The notes beneath the pieces were generated by a model that had not been told where the DNA came from, did not search any database, and saw only the letters and a list, made by a program, of their open reading frames with translations. A program made the position numbers and the translations under genes. Shown in pieces: positions 59,309-64,000 of a stretch of DNA of 64,000 bases. How positions within the stretch are numbered: the first letter of the stretch is position 1; each line of letters opens with the position of its first letter. Origin of the DNA: an uncultured Planctomycetales bacterium (GTDB lineage Bacteria > Planctomycetota > Phycisphaerae > UBA1845 > Fen-1342); assembly GCA_964388675.1 (NCBI GenBank), contig CAYMBL010000019.1, positions 2,539 through 66,538 on the forward strand, in the 5' to 3' direction.

Positions 59309-60073
59309 ATGGCCAAAGAAATCGCCCAACTCATCGACCGATACATCCGCTGGCTGGGGGGCGGTATCTCCGTAGCGCAGGTTGGCGATGCGTACGAAAT
59401 CACAACGCCGTTCCTCGACCGGCACAATGACCACATTCAAATCTACGTGAGACGGGAGAACGACCATTTCGTCCTGACCGACGACGGGTACGTGCTTGGC
59501 GACTTGCGACAGAGCGGATGCATGTTAGAGAGCCAGCGGAGACAAGCGCTGCTCAAGTCAATCCTAAACGGCTTCGGTGTATGCCTTTCCGGCGATGAAC
59601 TGACTGCGGTGGCGCACAACGGCGACTTTCCGCAACGAAAGCACGCGATGATTCAGGCAATGTTGGCTGTCGGCGACCTCTTCGCTACCGCGAAGCCACA
59701 CGTGCAAAGTCTCTTTCTCGAAGATGTAGCCGCGTTCCTCGATTCAATCGACGCCCGCTACGTGCCGAGCGTTCAATTTGTTGGAAAAAGCGGGTTTCAG
59801 CACAAGTACGACTTTGCCATTCCCAAGTCCGCCAAGGCTCCCGAGCGCCTCGTCCGCGCGATCAACAGCCCATCCAAGCAGACTGCAGAACTGGCGATCT
59901 TTGCCTGGACCGATACGCGGGCCATTCGCGCGGATGCGGCACAGATGTACGCGATGCTCAATAACGACGAGACCAAGGTCGTCGGGGAGGTCGTCGACGC
60001 TCTCAAGCAGTACGACATTACACCTGTGTTGTGGAGCGATCGCGCCAATTACACGGTGGCGCTGGCCGCGTAG
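59309..60073 (+). CDS. Hypothetical protein, possibly DUF1828/DUF1829-like (254 aa)
   Basis: About 56% GC. The DUF1828/1829-like resemblance is from memory only. No catalytic motif recognised. Confidence 0.45.
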   Translation: MAKEIAQLIDRYIRWLGGGISVAQVGDAYEITTPFLDRHNDHIQIYVRRENDHFVLTDDGYVLGDLRQSGCMLESQRRQALLKSILNGFGVCLSGDELTAVAHNGDFPQRKHAMIQAMLAVGDLFATAKPHVQSLFLEDVAAFLDSIDARYVPSVQFVGKSGFQHKYDFAIPKSAKAPERLVRAINSPSKQTAELAIFAWTDTRAIRADAAQMYAMLNNDETKVVGEVVDALKQYDITPVLWSDRANYTVALAA

Positions 60074-60297
60074 CGCGATTGCAATCATCGACCGTGTTTT
60101 CCCCGAAGCGACCGTTCGTCGGCGATTTCGCAGGGGCCTCGCGAACTTTTTTAAGCTGTACATGGCGATCGCGGCGAAGTGGCAAGTGCTCGATAACTCC
60201 AATCCGGAGGGTTTGACACTCGTCGCTCGGGGTCGCCGCCAGCGAGTCACGATGGTCCAGAACCGGGTACAATGGGCTTCAATGATGGAGTTCGCGA

Positions 60298-60507
60298 ATG
60301 ATGACGCCGTCGAATGATTCGCCAAGTGAACTAGAATTCGACCCCGTCTTCGACGACGACCACGTCATCGCCGAGGCCGGCGCGCGCGGCGTTCGGCGGG
60401 CGCTGCTCGAACACAAGCGGGCCGGGCTGCCCATCGTCGTGATGCAGAACGGGAAAATCGTCTGGATTCCGCCGGAAGAAATCCGCGTGGACGCAGCGGA
60501 GGCGTGA
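60298..60507 (+). CDS. Small hypothetical protein (69 aa), one of three overlapping short ORFs at the end of the islet
   Basis: ATGATG start overlaps the tail of the frame-0 ORF (60162..60317). Its stop overlaps GTG 60504 of a further 49-aa ORF (60504..60653). Sequence ...ALLEHKRAGLPIVVMQNGKIVWIPPEEI. Confidence 0.3.
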   Translation: MMTPSNDSPSELEFDPVFDDDHVIAEAGARGVRRALLEHKRAGLPIVVMQNGKIVWIPPEEIRVDAAEA

Positions 60508-60665
60508 AGTCGTGCGCTCCGCTGTTGCGAAAGGTTGGGGTTGTTCGTAAATCGTTGATCGACGAATCCGGCGAGGACTATCTGTATCCCAAGTCGCTCT
60601 TCCGCGACATCGCACTGCCGACGTCGCTCCGGCGGGTACTCATCCATACCCGAGATTGATCGCGC

Positions 60666-61220
60666 TCAGTCCCCCGCCCCGCGCAGCCCCGGCAGACCGT
60701 CGATGCTGCGCGCGTTCTTTTCCCGCTGATAATCGCGTAGGCCCGTCTCGCCCTTGCGCTCGCACCAGCGCGGCAATTGGTCGCGCTCCCCGCGATACTC
60801 ATACCGCGGCACAGCAAAGCCGCAGGAATCCGCGATTCGCGTCACATCGAGCAGCACCAGCGCCCGCGCGGCGGCCGCAAGCGAAAACGCGCCCACGCGC
60901 GCCGCGTACTCCGCCTCCGCCGGCTCGAGCACACGCCCGCGCCCGTACAGCCGCAGGATCTTCGGCGGCCCCTCGAACGCGCAAAACTGGATCGTGAGGC
61001 GGCCGTTCTCGCGGATGTGTGCGATCGTCTCGACGCCGCTGCCGGTGTAGTCGACGTAGCCGACGAGCGTTGGCCCCAACACGCGAAAGCTGTCGAGCCC
61101 CTTCGGCGACAGGTTCACGTGCCCGCTCGCCGACAAGGGCGCCGTAGCGACAAAGAACACGCGTTGCGCCGCGATGAATTCGCACAGCCGCTCGTCGAGC
61201 TGGTCGTAGAGCTGTCCCAT
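60666..61220 (-). CDS. Pyridoxamine 5'-phosphate oxidase family FMN-binding protein
   Basis: PPOX-fold motifs FFVATAPLSASGHVNLSPKG and GRGRVLEPAEAEY. 184 aa. Confidence 0.7.
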   Translation of the reverse strand: MGQLYDQLDERLCEFIAAQRVFFVATAPLSASGHVNLSPKGLDSFRVLGPTLVGYVDYTGSGVETIAHIRENGRLTIQFCAFEGPPKILRLYGRGRVLEPAEAEYAARVGAFSLAAAARALVLLDVTRIADSCGFAVPRYEYRGERDQLPRWCERKGETGLRDYQREKNARSIDGLPGLRGAGD

Positions 61221-61412
61221 CGGCGCAGATTACACGATCGGATGCGCCGTTGGACGCCGCCACAGCTTCGCACACGACGACACGACCTTCAGACAGGCTG
61301 AACCTGACGCATGCGCACGCACAACCCGAAGCTTGCGCGACGTTGATGCCAAGCTGACACTCAAACGCGAAACTCGTCCGCAAGTGCTTCAACCAAACTC
61401 AAGTAGCGAGTC

Positions 61413-62564
61413 ATGCGTGGAATGCGAGTGCTGCTGGCGGCCGTGGTCGCGGCTGCGCCGGCGATCGGCGGCGTCGTGACCGGCGTTCAGTACCTGGGCC
61501 AGGAATCGTTTCCAACCGGCTTCGACGTGCTTGGCACGAACATGGGCGGTCTATCGGGCATCATGTACGACGCCCAGGGCGGGCAATACCTCGCGATCAG
61601 CGATGATCGCAGCCAGTTCAACCCCGCCCGGTTCTACAACCTCACGATCGATCTCAGCAATGACGTGCTGATGCCCGGCCGCATCGGGTTCACGGGCGTC
61701 ACCGACCTGCTCAACGCGTCCGGTGCGACCTACCCCGCGTTAGGTATCGACCCCGAGGGCATCGCTCTCGCACCGAACGGCGACGTCTACGTCTCGTCCG
61801 AAGGCCAGAATTCCAGCAGCGGCGTGCTCAACCCGTTTGTGAACCGATACAACACCGCCGGACAACTGCAGGCCGAATTGAGCGTCCCCGCCAAATTCCT
61901 GCCGCAATTCTCGCCCGCATTCGGCGTCCGCAACAATCTGGCCTTCGAAACTCTAACGATTTCTCCGTCGCAGAACCGGCTGTTCACCGCCACAGAAAAC
62001 GCGCTAAACCAGGACGGGCTGGCGGCCGCCGTCGGTCAGACTTCGACTTCGCGCGTCCTCAGCTACGACCTGAACGGCGTCGAAGGCGCCCCGGGCGCCG
62101 AGTACGTCTACGTCACGGACGCCGTCGCGACCGACCCCGTGCCGCCCGGCTCGTTCGCGACGAACGGTCTGGTCGACATGCTGGCCATCGATGACACCCG
62201 GTTGATCGCGGTCGAGCGCTCATTCTCGACGGGCGTCGGCAACGCCATCAAGCTCTATGAGGTGTCGCTTGACGGCGCGACAGACGTCAGCGCCTCCGAC
62301 ACGCTGCCCGGAAGCTACACGCCGGTCAGCAAGGAGCTCATTCTCGACCTCGGCACGCTCGGAATCACCCTCGACAACATCGAGGGCATCACCTGGGGCC
62401 CGGCGCTCAGCGACGGCCGCCGCTCCATCGTGCTCGTAAGCGACAACAACTTCAGCGCCACGCAGTTCACGCAGTTCCTGGCGTTTGGAGTCACGGTGAT
62501 CCCTGAACCCAGCACGCTGATGATCCTGATCACCGTCGGCCTCGCTGCTGCGTTTCGACGCTGA
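61413..62564 (+). CDS. PEP-CTERM protein with a phytase-like (esterase-like, PF13449-type) beta-propeller domain
   Basis: Signal peptide present. Motifs GIDPEGIALAPNGDVYVSSEG and LAIDDTRLIAVERSF. C-terminus IPEPSTLMILITVGLAAAFRR. Confidence 0.65.
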   Translation: MRGMRVLLAAVVAAAPAIGGVVTGVQYLGQESFPTGFDVLGTNMGGLSGIMYDAQGGQYLAISDDRSQFNPARFYNLTIDLSNDVLMPGRIGFTGVTDLLNASGATYPALGIDPEGIALAPNGDVYVSSEGQNSSSGVLNPFVNRYNTAGQLQAELSVPAKFLPQFSPAFGVRNNLAFETLTISPSQNRLFTATENALNQDGLAAAVGQTSTSRVLSYDLNGVEGAPGAEYVYVTDAVATDPVPPGSFATNGLVDMLAIDDTRLIAVERSFSTGVGNAIKLYEVSLDGATDVSASDTLPGSYTPVSKELILDLGTLGITLDNIEGITWGPALSDGRRSIVLVSDNNFSATQFTQFLAFGVTVIPEPSTLMILITVGLAAAFRR

Positions 62565-62594
62565 TCGGTTCGCCCGCGCGGTTGGGTGTGTCCG

Positions 62595-63347
62595 TTACTC
62601 GGTCGGCAGTGTCAGCAGCTCCGCACGAGATGACACGCCCAACCGGTGATACAGCGCCGCCGTGTAGCGCTTGACCGAATCCGGGCTGAGCCGAAGGTAA
62701 CGCGCTGTCTGCGGAATCGAGTCGCCCGCGCACAGTCGCCACAGGACCTGCCTCAGCCTTGGCGGCAGCGAGGGACGGTCGCCCGGCTCGGGCAGTCGAA
62801 AGACCCACTCGAGCCCACGCAACATCACGCGCGTCAGGGTCTTGTCTCGCGCCGAGAACGGACGATCCCCGGCGCCGCGGTGAATCCCGAAACCGGCGAT
62901 GACGTCGCCGTCGAGGAGGGTACCGCCGTACAGACACGGGTCGACGCCCAGGTGCCGGCGGTATTCGTTCCAGTGCGGCGTGCGATACCACTCGGCGCTC
63001 GAGAGAACGTCGCTGCGCGTGAAGGCGTCGAGCGCGCCGCGGCGTCGCACAAGCTCGATTGCAAGCGGATCGCGCGCGTATTCGTGATTGTCGTAATGGC
63101 TGAGCGTGCGACGCGCCGACGCCTCGAGCCAACCCCCGAGCACCCAGGTTGTCACCTTGAAGTCGTGTGGCTTCGGGCCGCACTCGATGCGGCCGTAGCA
63201 GCACAGTTGCGCACGCAGCAGGTCGCACAACCGCGTCAGCATGTGCGTTTGCACGATGAGCGGGTCCGGCGGCAAATCGTGCAGTTCCTGCACAATCCGC
63301 CCTGCCGCGCGTGCATCAGTCAAGCGCAGCAACCCCGACCGGCTCAT
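62595..63347 (-). CDS. LuxR family transcriptional regulator
   Basis: C-terminal HTH RLRQVLWRLCAGDSIPQTARYLRLSPDSVKRYTAALYHRLGVSSRAELL. ATG at 63347 overlaps the upstream stop (ATGA). Confidence 0.6.
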   Translation of the reverse strand: MSRSGLLRLTDARAAGRIVQELHDLPPDPLIVQTHMLTRLCDLLRAQLCCYGRIECGPKPHDFKVTTWVLGGWLEASARRTLSHYDNHEYARDPLAIELVRRRGALDAFTRSDVLSSAEWYRTPHWNEYRRHLGVDPCLYGGTLLDGDVIAGFGIHRGAGDRPFSARDKTLTRVMLRGLEWVFRLPEPGDRPSLPPRLRQVLWRLCAGDSIPQTARYLRLSPDSVKRYTAALYHRLGVSSRAELLTLPTE

Positions 63348-63724
63348 GGCGACTTCACTGCCGATCGGTAACACGCGAGCAACTGTGCCCGGCTGTGAAC
63401 GCCCAGGCGACGGTAAATCTGCTTGACGTAATCGTGCACCGTGTGCCGCTGCAGCCCCAGCGCGTCGGCGGCCTCCTGCTGGGTGTACCCTTCAATCAGC
63501 AGGTGTGCGACTTGCACCATGCGCGGCGAGAGCTTCCCAATCAGAGCGCCGCGCGGCGCCATCGCTCCCGAGTTTCCCAGCTCGATGAGCAGCATCTTGA
63601 ACGCGCGCGGCAAGCCGGCCGCGGCTTTTTCGATGGAATGCGAGCCCGATTGCACGAGGCGTATCGCGCGCAGAAACCGCACAACGTGCCGCTCCGCAAC
63701 CGGCGGATTTCCATCGCTGTCCAT
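63344..63724 (-). CDS. LuxR family transcriptional regulator (short, 126 aa)
   Basis: HTH LSPRMVQVAHLLIEGYTQQEAADALGLQRHTVHDYVKQIYRRLGVHSRAQLL. The ORF track runs in-frame to the window edge at 64000. The first Met with plausible protein context is at 63724. Confidence 0.5.
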   Translation of the reverse strand: MDSDGNPPVAERHVVRFLRAIRLVQSGSHSIEKAAAGLPRAFKMLLIELGNSGAMAPRGALIGKLSPRMVQVAHLLIEGYTQQEAADALGLQRHTVHDYVKQIYRRLGVHSRAQLLACYRSAVKSP

Positions 63725-64000
63725 GAACCGAATTGCAACTTTGAAGCTTGCAACGGTCAAGTCCACGCGCGAAGTACCTGCTGCGCCCCCCCTGTTCGCG
63801 CACATTGACGATCGCGGCCGATCCGCGAAAAAGGACACGGCTTGCAGACGCGGCGCCGCCCTCTCCTCCTCCCATTGCAGGGGCGCGCCGAACGCGGGGA
63901 CGGTTCGATCTCCCCCCCGGAAACGAATCGCTCGACAGCCGCTCGGAGGGTCCGTCATCGTGGCGGGCCCTCCCCGCGTTCGACTATCGCGTGGAAGCAT

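Noticed and set aside
60018-60272. Minus-strand 84-aa ORF in the islet
   Set aside because: It has no RBS and an unconvincing Arg/Pro-rich sequence. The plus-strand overlapping short ORFs give a more coherent arrangement.
63725-64000. Extension of the upstream LuxR ORF to the window edge (a further 92 aa)
   Set aside because: The translated sequence (RDSRTRGGPATMTDPPSGCRAIRFRGG...) is Arg/Gly-rich and unlike a folded domain. The start is set at Met 63724. The gene could extend beyond the window, which cannot be excluded.

Overview
This is a 64 kb stretch of about 70% GC bacterial chromosome with dense coding on both strands. Start/stop overlaps of the ATGA and GTGA type are pervasive, which suggests translationally coupled operons. 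The gene content suggests a Planctomycetota-like organism, possibly Phycisphaerae; this is an inference. The supporting features are four PEP-CTERM proteins, many lipoproteins with S/G/D-rich linkers, a sulfatase, several glycoside hydrolases, and a dockerin-like C-terminal module.

I call about 55 CDS:
- **Sugar uptake and degradation:** a sugar ABC uptake operon (SBP, two permeases, GH1, GH-like, with no ATPase), a GH31 protein, a sulfatase, and a metallophosphoesterase.
- **Nucleotide metabolism:** guaA, guaB and ispG.
- **Tad pilus:** a minimal tadA/cpaF-tadB-tadC operon.
- **nuoA operon:** an orphan nuoA in an operon with terC and a DAACS symporter.
- **DNA repair:** a 1636-aa UvrA carrying a third ABC ATPase module plus a C-terminal tail of unknown type.
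- **Other:** psd, rlmI, yacG, a DedA protein, an OmpA-family lipoprotein, a PP2C phosphatase, and two coupled LuxR-family regulators.

I could not identify any rRNA, tRNA, CRISPR array, transposase or integrase by eye.

Non-genic structure worth a second look:
- Two arrays of a BIME-like mosaic repeat family, built from three different palindromic motifs, bracket the hupE-HIT-TPR gene block (8.4-8.8 kb and 10.9-11.4 kb).
- A low-GC islet at 11.4-12.8 kb encodes an HNH-motif protein and sits next to those repeats.
- A second low-GC islet at 58.9-60.65 kb starts with an AT-rich segment and carries five small or overlapping ORFs of unknown function (one DUF1828/1829-like). It could be a toxin-antitoxin-like or defence module.
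- Overlapping perfect palindromes at 13684-13712 abut the ATG at 13716, which looks like an operator on a leaderless promoter.
- Three hairpins, two of them in tandem direct repeats, lie between convergent genes at 48.9-49.15 kb.
- A conserved dockerin-like C-terminal module is shared by the truncated first gene and the 807-aa Ig-domain protein.

All protein family assignments rest on motif recognition by eye. No database search was run.
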